A stretch of 29,244 nt of DNA. Source: Octopus sinensis (lineage: Eukaryota). This document shows, piece after piece, positions 10,491 to 20,546 of the stretch. The translations under genes were made by a program, and so were the position numbers. Each line of letters begins with the position of its first letter. The first letter of the stretch is position 1. The notes beneath the pieces were generated by a model. That model had not been told where the DNA came from, ran no database searches, and saw only the letters and a program-made list of their open reading frames with translations. The stretch spans positions 1 through 29,244 of the forward strand of contig NW_021832954.1 of NCBI RefSeq assembly GCF_006345805.1. The letters are read 5' to 3'.

Positions 10491-13197
10491 AATAAACTAA
10501 GAGAATGCGGATATCTATTTGAGCGTAAAATATTGTTATTCTTTGTGCAAACATCGAAGTCTAAGGAAGGCTACAAGAAAGAAAAGGAAAGGAAAAAAAA
10601 GGATAACTGTTATGTGTCAGTGATATCAGGGATGAAATATTGTATTATTTGAAGAATATGGCATAAAAGAAGGTAGCTGTCAAAATACTGTGGTATCCGT
10701 GTAATACTGTCTCGGCCTGCGTTAGATAAAAGGGAAATCCGTAACATTGGCATTGACGACAAAACGTAGTAGGAAAGATCGAACGTTTTTAACTGTATAG
10801 ATATCGATTAGAAAAAGCAATGGTTAGGTAATTAGAATAATTAAATAGTTAGGCCAGAGTAACACACGGAATTAGTAATAATTAGGGGAGTGAGTTTAGG
10901 TAAGATTTCATATATTTACGGCCCCTGTCGTTCTTCATTGATTATGATGATAGGTTGCTTTTGCACCTAGAATGCCATTGTTCATACCACAGGCTTGGCA
11001 AATAAAGAATTTTGTATGTTTGTCTGTAGTCTGTGCATGGAAGTATCCCTTCCGTCAGGCCGCCAGTGATGTTCAGTTGAAAGGGTATGTTACCGCAGGC
11101 GTTGTAGTCAGAAGCGAAAAGAGCCGAAGGCGATGACGCTTCACGTAACACTTCCTGTTTCATCAATCCATCAAACTTGATCGGTACTTTTCATCGACCA
11201 CGAAAGGCATAAAAAGCAGCATTGACCATTGTAGGATTCGAAATGAGAACCATAGAGAAGAGGAACATATTTTTACTCTATCCGATGTTTTAACGGCTGC
11301 CGATTTGCCTCTTTTGAGAGGCAAATGTTTTTTTGTTTCATCGACCTAAATTTCAGGAATGTAAAATAAATAAATGTATAAATAAATAAATGAATAAATA
11401 AAACCTTACGATTCCTAATTTCTTAGATAAAACAGTATGGGCATATAAGAAGAGAGAATTGGTTCCATAAAAAATTTTAATCCCTGCACTTGTTAGTAGT
11501 TATTTTGGGGATGAAATTTCTCTTCAATGAGCGAAGTTTGATTTAACCCCTTAAGTATCATATGGGCTGGAATTTGATTGGCATCGCCCAGTTAGTGCCG
11601 CTACCATTGTCTAGATGAGCACTTTGTTCTAAATTCTTCAGACTGCGCTGAGCAGAAATATGGGCCTGTAAACCGTCTATAGGCCCATGTTGAACAAGTC
11701 TAGAGGTCTGAAATTATATACAACGCCCTATTGTCAGTGTTGATGTTATTGTTGGTACTATGATGTGTTTGTTGTTGTTGATGTTGTTACTAAATATTGG
11801 CTATTGTATTCATTTGATGCTGTTGTTGCTGTTATTGTTGCTATCAGCTGTCCATTATTGCTTGGTGAATCATTGTTATCAAACCTGAATCCATACACGT
11901 TGATAACATACAGAATTATGTCTTCAGTTTGGGTTTAAATTTACGGTTTTATCTTATTGTATTCATTCAATTTTTAAAAAGTGATACGAACACAATTGTG
12001 TCAAGATAAAAAAAAAACGGCTGGGTGGAGGCGAGGCGAGGAGGTTGCATATCACCATCCCATAGGAAATTTTATCCTTCTATATTAAGCAACAAATGGC
12101 TTACTAGCTATTTTAAAACTGATAACTGACAGACCGGACATAAGACACCAACGTCAGGAGAACAGGGCCTCCATTTATCAAACTGTTTGTTCTTTGATAC
12201 AGGTTTTACATAAACAATAAGGAAAATCAACTCCCAGTACATATCTACGAGCTAATTTGGGAGCCCGTACGTAGCCACTCTATTTGCTAGAAATAGCAGC
12301 CGCAAGTCTTTGAAAAATTAAAGTATACTTAAAACAATGTACATGAAATAAATGGTCATATGGACGTGAACAGCGAATATCGAAACTATGGTTTACGTAC
12401 TTATCCTTAATAAATTCTGCTTGATTCGAACGTGAATGTAACTTGTCCTTTACGATTAATGTGTGTTCAGGACACACTCGGTTCTTTAGTAGAAGTGACT
12501 CTACGACGGCCGGCGTTTCAACTTCATTGTATCTCGTCAAGCAGAGGCGTCTCGATCTTTCTGATCCGCGCTGATATATACCAAACGATGAGTAACTGTT
12601 ATATCCTCGGTCAGCAAAGAGAATGAAAACGATGTCGTAAAAACGGGTGACTGACCCAGAGGCACTTGCGCTTATGAAAAGACAGTGTTAAGCATATGTA
12701 TTCGTAGTAAACGAGAATTTGTTTTCCTGTGGCTGTCCGGATAACGATTAACATATTTACGTTCGAATCTACCAAAATGTATTAAGAATAAATATACAAG
12801 TCATCCAATTTCGCTATGTGAAACAAACGTGATGGTCATTTCTAGAACGCCTTCGATCGGAGATTCCTACTGAATTACGGTTGATGCAGGCCTAAATATG
12901 ACCAACAACAATTAATTTAGCAATTAACAGAGCAGTAAGTCTGGAAATAAGTTGGAACTCATTGTAATGTCAGACAAAAATAAGTAAACTCTTGGAACTG
13001 GAAAAGATCAAATATATTTATTGGAAAGCGTTCGATTTTTTATTGCAATATTGATTTAAGATGAAACAGCTCTACTTTAGAATAAAATTAACGAAGCAAA
13101 AAATATATAAAACGATAATGTAGTCCTAGGTAAACTAATCCGTTATCTTTTATCTCTGACTTCTTTTAGTTATTGGACTGCGACCACGCAGTGTTAA

Positions 13198-13335
13198 ACT
13201 AGTACTTATTTTATCGACCTTGAAAGGATGAAAGGCACTGTCGACTTCGGTGGAATTTGAACTCGGATATAAAGACGGACGAAATACCGCTTAGCATTTC
13301 GCCAGGCGTGCTAACCATTCTGCCAACTCACTGCT

Positions 13336-13336
<1 letters not shown>
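13198..13336 (-). mobile_element. SINE family B 5' part; its head abuts the (AAT)n tract
   Basis: On - it reads gagttggcagaatggttagcacgcctggcgaaatgctaagcggtatttcgtccgtc...gagttcaaattccaccgaagtcgac, with A-box-like and B-box-like motifs. Confidence 0.85.
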
Positions 13337-13372
<36 letters not shown>

Positions 13373-13482
13373 TAATAATAATAATAATAATGATAATAAT
13401 AGTAATGATAATAATAATAATGATGATAATAATGATAATAATAATAATAATAGTAATAGTAATAATAATAATAATAATAATA

Positions 13483-13551
<69 letters not shown>

Positions 13552-13573
13552 TATAATAATAATATATATAATA
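13337..13573. repeat. (AAT)n tract, 5' flank of the R4/Dong element
   Basis: About 235 bp of AAT with GAT/AGT variants. Confidence 0.97.
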
Positions 13574-13574
13574 A

Positions 13575-14907
13575 CTGTTGACAATGCATAGAATGCACCA
13601 CCCTAAGGCAGATACAGAACGACTCTATCTGCCAAGAAAAGAGGGAGGCCGTGGTCTTTTGCAACTGGCAATAACAATGAAGATTGCTACAATTGGCCTA
13701 GACACCTACCTGAAAAACTCTGAGGACTGGATGCTAAAACTTGTCTCAAAACATGAAAACAAGAAAGCATCATACTCAGTCACAAAACAGGCAAAGGAAT
13801 ATCTAAGTGAATTCCGAATACAACCAATTTCGGAATTAGAGATAGATATACAAGAAACAAGCACAGAAAAAGCTAGGCGCATGAAAACCCGTGCCAAAAC
13901 TGCGGCCTTAGATATTCTGAATAATAAATGGCAAGAAAAACCTCTCTATGGCAAATACCCAAAGAGAGCGAATAATGCAGATATCGACAAAGCCCTGACC
14001 CATCAATGGCTAATGGCCTCTGGCTTAAAATCTGAAACAGAGGGGTTTATCATAGCAGCTCAAGATCAATGCCTACCAACAAGAAACTACCAGGCCAACA
14101 TATTAAAGATCAGAAGCAGTCCAACGTGTCGTGTATGCAAGCAACAAAATGAAACCATTGACCATGTGGACTCCAAGTGCAGTTTTCTAGCGCCTAAAGA
14201 GTATCTCAACAGGCACGATAGAGCTGCACAATATATTCACTGGGTAATCTGTAAAAACCTGGATTTGCCCCATGAAAAAAACTGGTGGGAACACAAACCA
14301 CCCCCAGTGCTTGAAAATGACCACATCTCACTCCTCTGGAACTTCACCATTCAAACTGACAGGAAGATAGATGCAAATAGGCCAGACATCATATTGAAAG
14401 ACTTCAAACAAAGAACATGCCTCCTCATTGATATGACTGTCCCAATCGATATAAACGTATCTGTCAAGACCTACCAAAAACTGAGCAAATATAAAGATCT
14501 TGAAATAGAAATCAGCAAAATGTGGAAGCTGAAGACTAAAACAATACCTGTTGTCATAGGTGCCCTGGGAATGATAGCAAAAGGGGCTGATAGCTACCTA
14601 ACTCAGATACCAGGAAACCCAAAAATGGCAGAAGTTCAAAAGATAGTGCTCATGGGAACTGCTCATATCCTACGCAAAATACTCTCTATGTAATCTCAAG
14701 GTTTAAAACAAACATAATTTTCGGTTTAAAAAAAAAAAAAAAAAACCTTTTTTTTTTTAGACATTCATTAGTACAACATCCCCACCCCCCAAATATATGG
14801 CACACTAGGCATAACAACAACATGAACTTCCAACCCTGTTGTCTCTTGAGGTCTCTGGGTGAGACTTGGAGCCAACTTGTACAAATATAAAGCAAAAGTC
14901 AAACATA

Positions 14908-14908
<1 letters not shown>
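13575..14908 (+). mobile_element. 5'-truncated R4/Dong-clade non-LTR retrotransposon (restriction-like endonuclease type)
   Basis: The ORF opens directly after a TAA of the AAT tract. A 3' UTR (14694-14908) ends ...caaacatag and is followed by (AAT)n. The protein motifs are diagnostic (see CDS). Confidence 0.9.
13578..14693 (+). CDS. C-terminal ~370 aa of an R4/Dong-like ORF: RT C-terminus, CCHC zinc knuckle, PD-(D/E)xK restriction-like endonuclease (no native start; partial)
   Basis: Motifs in order: HPKADTERLYLPRKEGGRGL; W..GLKSETEGFIIAAQDQCLPT; C-x2-C-x8-H-x4-C (CRVCKQQNETIDHVDSKC, 14127-14180); RHD..IHW; NRPDIIL...LIDMTVP...KLSKYKDL; PVVIGALG. There is no stop or frameshift. Confidence 0.9.
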   Translation: MTMHRMHHPKADTERLYLPRKEGGRGLLQLAITMKIATIGLDTYLKNSEDWMLKLVSKHENKKASYSVTKQAKEYLSEFRIQPISELEIDIQETSTEKARRMKTRAKTAALDILNNKWQEKPLYGKYPKRANNADIDKALTHQWLMASGLKSETEGFIIAAQDQCLPTRNYQANILKIRSSPTCRVCKQQNETIDHVDSKCSFLAPKEYLNRHDRAAQYIHWVICKNLDLPHEKNWWEHKPPPVLENDHISLLWNFTIQTDRKIDANRPDIILKDFKQRTCLLIDMTVPIDINVSVKTYQKLSKYKDLEIEISKMWKLKTKTIPVVIGALGMIAKGADSYLTQIPGNPKMAEVQKIVLMGTAHILRKILSM

Positions 14909-14950
<42 letters not shown>

Positions 14951-14961
14951 TAATAATAATG

Positions 14962-14997
<36 letters not shown>

Positions 14998-15022
14998 TAA
15001 TAATAATAATAATAATAATAAT
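14909..15022. repeat. (AAT)n tract, 3' flank of the R4/Dong element and tail of a minus-strand SINE B
   Basis: Directly visible; followed by ttttggcgcaagggcagcaattttggggg...gtcgattaca (15022-15071), the family-B 3' end on -. Confidence 0.95.
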
Positions 15023-15134
15023 TTTGGCGCAAGGGCAGCAATTTTGGGGGTGAGGGGCAAGTCGATTACATTTGTCTGTCTTCCCGACTCCTCTTCCATC
15101 TGTCATTTCTCTTACCTAAATACGAAAAATGTCC

Positions 15135-15556
15135 CCTCTCACAATATAGAAACATTGCTCCTGGCACCAAGAAACAAAATGGAAAAGGCATTCCATCGGA
15201 AGATATCGAGGGAGATGCGCAAGCACAGCCACTCTGACACGTGGGATACGCACTTACAGACAGCAATCTCTTCCATGCAAACGGTGATCATGGATATGGT
15301 CCGAGGACCAAGAACACCAGAAGTCTGAATTGCTTCAGGCTCGACCATAAACCTCTCAGAGAGCGACCTATATCTTAACAGTTTCATTACCTCATTTCTG
15401 TTACCCAAATACGTAGAATCTTGCATTTCACAATCTAAAAATATTTCTCATAACACCAGCAGACAAAATGGAAAAGGTATTGTCCTGGAAGATAACGAGG
15501 AAGATGTGCAGAAACAGCCATTCTGACTCACGAAGTTTACACTTGCGGACAGCAAG
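15135..15556. repeat. Diverged direct repeat of a ~130-bp unit (about 15135-15266 and 15426-15556)
   Basis: Shared blocks tcacaat, acaaaatggaaaagg, ggaagata.cgagg.agatg.gca, acagcca.tctgac, cactt...gacagcaa; roughly 70% identity by eye. Confidence 0.7.
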
Positions 15557-15559
15557 TGT

Positions 15560-15740
15560 GTGTGTGTGTGTTTCCGTTTGTCCCCATCAAAACTTGGCAA
15601 CTGGTTGTACTGTGTATATGGCCGTGTAACTTAGCGGTTCGGCAAAAAATTACCGATAGAATAAGTACCAGACTGAACATAAACGGAAGCACAGGGGTCA
15701 ATCCTTTCGATTACGCAAACATTCTTCAAGGTGGTGCCAG
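15560..15740 (+). mobile_element. SINE family C 3' half, diverged
   Basis: tttgtcccc...gtaacttagcggttcggcaaaa...accgatagaataagtacca...ggggtcaat. Confidence 0.75.
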
Positions 15741-15741
15741 A

Positions 15742-15772
15742 ACACACACATACACACACATATACTGTGTAT

Positions 15773-15805
<33 letters not shown>

Positions 15806-15932
15806 GTGTGTGTGTATGCGTATGTGTATGCATCTATATATACGTATGTATGTATAATATATATATATATATATATATATGTGTGGTGTTTGTATGTATA
15901 TGTATTCATACATTTTGCTCTCTCTCTTCTCT

Positions 15933-16002
<70 letters not shown>

Positions 16003-16422
16003 ATATATATACATATATACATATATATGCATATATGTATATAGGAGTACGCTTGTTTATAATCATTCGGCTGCATAGAAACCTGTTATATAAGAGACGA
16101 TTACGATATGTCAAATTATTTACGTGTACACACATTTATTTATTTATTCACGCACACACAACACACACACACACACAGATATATATATATATATAGATAT
16201 ATACACATGTACACACAGGCGTAAATGCATTTCCATATTTTAACTATTTCAATTGCTCATCCCAACCTCACCCACCTCCACACAGACACAGCAGACACGG
16301 TATATAAACATGCACACACAAGTGTATTCATAAATATATATATACACAAGCAGTTTGTGTGTGTATATATGTAAGTGTGTATTCTGTTTTATGTCAGAAC
16401 TGTGTACGTGCGTGCATGTGCA

Positions 16423-16460
<38 letters not shown>

Positions 16461-16470
16461 TGTGTGTGTA
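15742..16470. repeat. (CA)/(TA)/(TG) microsatellite mosaic
   Basis: Directly visible. Confidence 0.85.
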
Positions 16471-17091
16471 AAGGCTTTCGATTATAGCAATTTATAGCAA
16501 TGCAGACAACAAAACATTAATTTCAGCATCTGATTAAAATAAGATCGATAATTCAGAAGCGAATTATCCTCCTCCAATATTGACGGGCGTGCCATAACAA
16601 TAAATTATACAATATATTGTCCATCACCATCGTTATCATCATTAAGCAGCCACTGTGAATTTGTATTCACCAAAAAGAGAAGAAAAAAAAAAAAAACAAA
16701 GAGAAATTGCTATTTGTCTTAAGAAGCTTGGACAAGACAATATTGCTAGTTTATAGCCTAATTAAAGCGATACATTAAACGATAGAGTTAGGTGTACATT
16801 GGTTAGACATTAGCCGACTGCGAGTAAAACATTCGACCGAAGAACTGAAAGTTTCCATTTTACTCTCTTTACTTGTTGCAAGTCATTTGACTTCGGCCAT
16901 GCTGGAGCACCGCCTACTTTTAGTCGAGCAAATCGACCCCGGGACTTATTCTTTGTAAGCCTAGTACTTATTCTATCGGTCTCTTTTTTGCCGAACCGCT
17001 AAGTTACGGGGACGCAAGCGATGTTGGGGAGACAAACACAGACACACAAACATACACACATACATACACACATACATACATACACACATAC

Positions 17092-17154
<63 letters not shown>

Positions 17155-17156
<2 letters not shown>

Positions 17157-17298
17157 GGAGTAAACACATAAATGTGAAACAAGGTGGAAAAAAGAGTACT
17201 CAAATACCAGTGGTAGAGTAATATGCTTTATTTTAAGCAGCAGAAAGTTCAACAAAATCTGACAGATTTTGGTGAATTTTCTGCTGCTTAAAATAAAG
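17155..17298. mobile_element. Short (TA)n-embedded fold-back element, copy 2 (36-bp arms, 1-nt loop)
   Basis: Arms 17226-17261 and 17263-17298 are complementary at 34/36 positions. The rest matches 7906-7990 except for a 1-bp indel. Confidence 0.85.
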
Positions 17299-17383
<85 letters not shown>

Positions 17384-17551
17384 TATATATGTATGTATAT
17401 ACATATATACGATTGGCTTCTTTCAGTTCTCCGTCCATTGAATCTACTCACAAGGCTTTGGTCGGCCCAAGGCTATAGAAGAAGACACTTGCCCAAGGTG
17501 CAACGTACTGGGACTGAACCCGGAACCATCTGGTTGGTAACCAAGCTACTT

Positions 17552-18833
17552 CATTTCATTATGTTTACCATAAACGCAGTACACAGAGTAGCTGCGGGCT
17601 GGACGAACACATTAATGAATGAAAATGAAATAAAATGAATAAATGAGAGACGAAACCCAACACCCGCCGATTGGATTTTTGTCGAAAACATTTTCTCCTT
17701 TTTTTGAAAATGAATATGAGGTTTCAAACCTCTTACAAAATGGAAGCACGAAAACCTCTTCCTTAACATGTTTTAAAAAAAAAAACACACAATTAAAGCC
17801 TTCCGAACCACATCCACCTCTCCCTTTGACTGGGTAGCGGATGTGGAATCCAGTGACTGCTCCAGGACCTTACTATGGTCTTGACTGCAGTTCTTTTTAA
17901 TGTGGCATGGCTTCAGGCACGAGTGACACTTGGTGGGACGTCCCTCAAGTATCTCCGGATACCTGCAGCCAGCCATTTAAAAAAAAATCTGGAAAAGGCA
18001 GATCTGTTACGGCCGATGGAATCCACAGGGTCAAAATCGCTTTTGAACCTTCCCAGTAGACCGCGGGAGGAACAGAATTTCGTTGCCCTCCAATGGCTGG
18101 CTCGCGAAATTGCGGTTGCATGCATGACACCGCGGGATATGTATAGTTGGTTTTGGGAAGACGGTGATGGTATCAAGAACTTTAGAGTAAGTTCTAACCC
18201 TTACCGTCCTCTCTTCCATATCGTTTAACTAATGCTTGGGTGGGATAATTTCCCACTCCAAGACAGGGTTCTTCTTTTTAAGTTCCTTCTCTGCCATGTC
18301 CAAAGGAAAAAAACAGTTGAAAAGTAGTTCACAAAAACAGTCCACCATAAATTAAAACCGAATAAAAATAGAAGAAAAACAAAATAAAAGAGAAGGGAAA
18401 AAATCTGAAATTAAAATAAGAAAAAGAATGAACCGAAATTTAGAAAGAACGAAAAATTGGAAGAAGGGAGAGAATAAAAGAAAACACCACAAATAGAACA
18501 GACAGGGAATCCTTGGCTCTGTATAATACTCCAACAGTTAAATCCAATAGTCAGGATTCTTCTCGATAGTACTCCGGTTAGGTAAACTCCACAGGGTACC
18601 ACTTTTTCTAGCGAAATATGCCCACATGTTACTTGGCGAAAAAACGCCACACAGAATTTTACTCCAACAAAGTTTTCAAAAAATTCTTAGTCCACCGTTA
18701 TGGCGACGAGAACACAATATTTTTGCTCGCTAGAGCGAGCTACAACTGTAGTCGTACTTCAATATTTCAATATTTCACGTCGAACGACGTGACTTTCAAT
18801 CACCGTGAAAAAACGCGAACTCTTCTGTAGTGA
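17552..18833 (-). mobile_element. Short LINE derivative (L1/Tx1-like ORF1 only) with 16-bp TSD
   Basis: ggtaaccaagctactt (17536-17551) and ggtaagcaggctactt (18834-18849) match at 14/16 and belong to the interrupted SINE head. The element contains a ~535-nt 5' leader, an ORF1 relic and a short ...aatgaaatg 3' tail. Confidence 0.75.
17773..18297 (-). pseudogene. Decayed gag-like LINE ORF1 with a CCHC zinc knuckle
   Basis: The ATG at 18297 gives MAEKELKKKNPVLEWEIIPPKH*LNDMEERTVRVRTYSK...PLEGNEILFLP. After frameshift(s) it reads LEGRPTKCHSCLKPCHIKKNC, a C-x2-C-x4-H-x4-C knuckle at 17887-17928. Confidence 0.65.
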
Positions 18834-18904
18834 GGTAAGCAGGCTACTTACCACACAGCCACTCCTACACATTTTGTTTAAGAATATTAAATAATTCCAC
18901 CAAT

Positions 18905-19263
18905 AAGGCGGCCGCCTGGTGAAATTGTTACAGCGCCGGACGAAATGCTTAGCGATATTTCGTCCGTCTTTACGTTTTGGGGTCAAATTCCGCCGAGTAC
19001 GATATTTTGCTTTTCATTATATTTAAGTCGAGAAAACAAGTACCAGTTGAATACTGAGGTCGATTTAATCAACTTACCCTCTCGTCAGAACTTGCTGGCC
19101 TTATGCCAAAATGTGAAATCAGTAAGGCAGCGAGGTGACGGAATCGTTACCGCGCCGGGTAAAATGCTTAGCGGCATTTTGTCCGGCGTTGGGTTCTGAG
19201 TTCAAATTCCGCCGAGCTCAAAGTTTTGCTTTCCATTTTTACGAGGTCGATGAGACAAGTACC
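18905..19263 (+). mobile_element. Two tandem older SINE family B copies (18905-19123; 19124-19263, continuing at about 19498-19546)
   Basis: Heads aaggcggccgcctggtgaaattgtta... and aaggcagcgaggtgacggaatcgtta..., with B-box-like ggtcaaattcc and gagttcaaattcc. Confidence 0.85.
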
Positions 19264-19495
19264 TATTTCTTTATTACCCACAAAGGGCTAAACACAGAGC
19301 GGACAAACAAGGACAGACATAGGTATTAAGTCGATTTCATCGACCCCAGTGCGTAACTGGTACTTAATTTATCGACCCCGAAAGGATGAAAGGCAAAGTC
19401 GACCTCGGCGGAATTTGAACTCACAACATAACGCAGACGAAATACCGCTAAGCATTTCGTCCGGCGTGCTAACGTTTCTGCCAGCTCGCCGCCTT
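19264..19495 (-). mobile_element. Young full-length SINE family B inserted into an older B copy, 15-bp TSD
   Basis: gatgagacaagtacc occurs at 19249-19263 and 19498-19512. The head on - is aaggcggcgagctggcagaaacgttagcacgccggacgaaatgcttagc...gagttcaaattcc. Confidence 0.92.
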
Positions 19496-19639
19496 GTGAT
19501 GAGACAAGTACCAGCTGAACACTGTGATCGATGGAATCGACGCCAGAGTTCCAGAAATTGCTGACTGCGGCTATGTAGGAGCACAACATTTGGTCGAATA
19601 AATCAACTCTTGGACTTATTCTTTGTAAGCCTCCTCAAT

Positions 19640-19865
19640 ATTGCTGACGATATGTGCATCTCTGATCACGAGTAGAAGAACTGGAGGAGCATCATAGCCA
19701 TGTGTTGAGAGGAATTCTTTGGGTTTTTGTATAATTCACCTTTGGAAACATGGGTATTTCGTTCAACATCCTTAAACAAGCCTTTATTCAGCGACCTTTT
19801 GAGTGGTATGGGCTACTCCACCTGCAGAAAATTCTATCTGGGCCCCACCCTGTAAATCTTGATCT
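19640..19865. repeat. Probable unclassified interspersed repeat
   Basis: The segment gtgcatctctgatcacgag...gggccccacc is recognised from memory as recurring in octopus DNA. It is single-copy in this window, so it cannot be verified here. Confidence 0.3.
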
Positions 19866-19914
19866 GCGATCACATTGTGGCGCACATATGGTTGCGAGGC
19901 ATGTGCCTAGTTAA

Positions 19915-20081
19915 TAATCTTTTACATCGACCCCAGTACACAACTGTTACTTAATTTATCGACCCTGAAAGGATGAAAGGCAAAGTCGACCTCCGCCAAA
20001 TTTGAAATCAGACAGTAAAAACGGACGAAATGCCGTGAAGCATTTTGCCCACCATGCTAATGATTCTGCCAGCTCCCCACC

Positions 20082-20083
<2 letters not shown>
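19915..20083 (-). mobile_element. SINE family B; head abuts (AAT)n
   Basis: ttaatttatcgaccctgaaaggatgaaaggcaaagtcgacctc...gattctgccagctccccacctt, followed by (AAT)n. Confidence 0.88.
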
Positions 20084-20151
<68 letters not shown>

Positions 20152-20256
20152 AGATGATGATGATGATGATGATGATGATAAAGATCGTGTATTTGAACTC
20201 AGATTTGAACACCGCCTATTTGAACTCAGATTGTTGAGACGGGCGAACCAGCGTTA

Positions 20257-20325
<69 letters not shown>
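20083..20325. repeat. (AAT)n and two (GAT)n tracts
   Basis: Directly visible. Confidence 0.95.
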
Positions 20326-20327
<2 letters not shown>

Positions 20328-20546
20328 TAGAATCCTTTCTACTGGATGCACAAGGCCACAAATTTTGGGGAAGGGATTAAGTCGATTACATTGAATTCAC
20401 TGTGTAACTGGTATTTATTTAATCGACTGCGAAAGGATGAAAGGCAATGTAGACCCCTGCGGAATCTGAAATCAGCCAGTAAGGACGGACGAAATGCCGC
20501 TAAGCATTTCGTCCGGCATTATAACGCTTCTGCCACCTCACCGCCT
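20326..20546 (-). mobile_element. SINE family B flanked by a 49-bp perfect direct repeat
   Basis: Family-B body; 20210-20258 is identical to 20539-20587. Confidence 0.85.

Larger units (their letters stand above)
16861..18868 (-). mobile_element. SINE family C host copy split by two nested insertions
   Basis: The 5' tip gtaggagtggctgtgtggtaagtagc lies at 18868-18834; the head resumes at 17551-17408; the internal microsatellite spans 17050-17407; the 3' half spans 17050-16861. Confidence 0.85.

Noticed and set aside
11030-11084. Possible 55-nt exon (CAWKYPFRQAASDVQLK) with ag/gtatgt boundaries
   Set aside because: Short, with an unrecognised peptide and no supporting neighbouring exon; compatible with chance.
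11303-11335. 10-bp stem with 4-nt loop followed by a T-run, resembling a bacterial intrinsic terminator
   Set aside because: The context is eukaryotic, with no upstream gene or Pol III unit and no Helitron-type CTAG end; likely chance.
12280-12626. ORFs of 86 aa (-) and 64 aa (+) in unique sequence
   Set aside because: No recognisable motif or convincing splice signals; lengths are as expected at random.
19349-19589. Regularly recurring ~40-bp blocks (gtcgat...aagtacc...) that could be taken for a CRISPR-like array
   Set aside because: They are internal segments of nested SINE-B copies with irregular spacing and no unique spacers.
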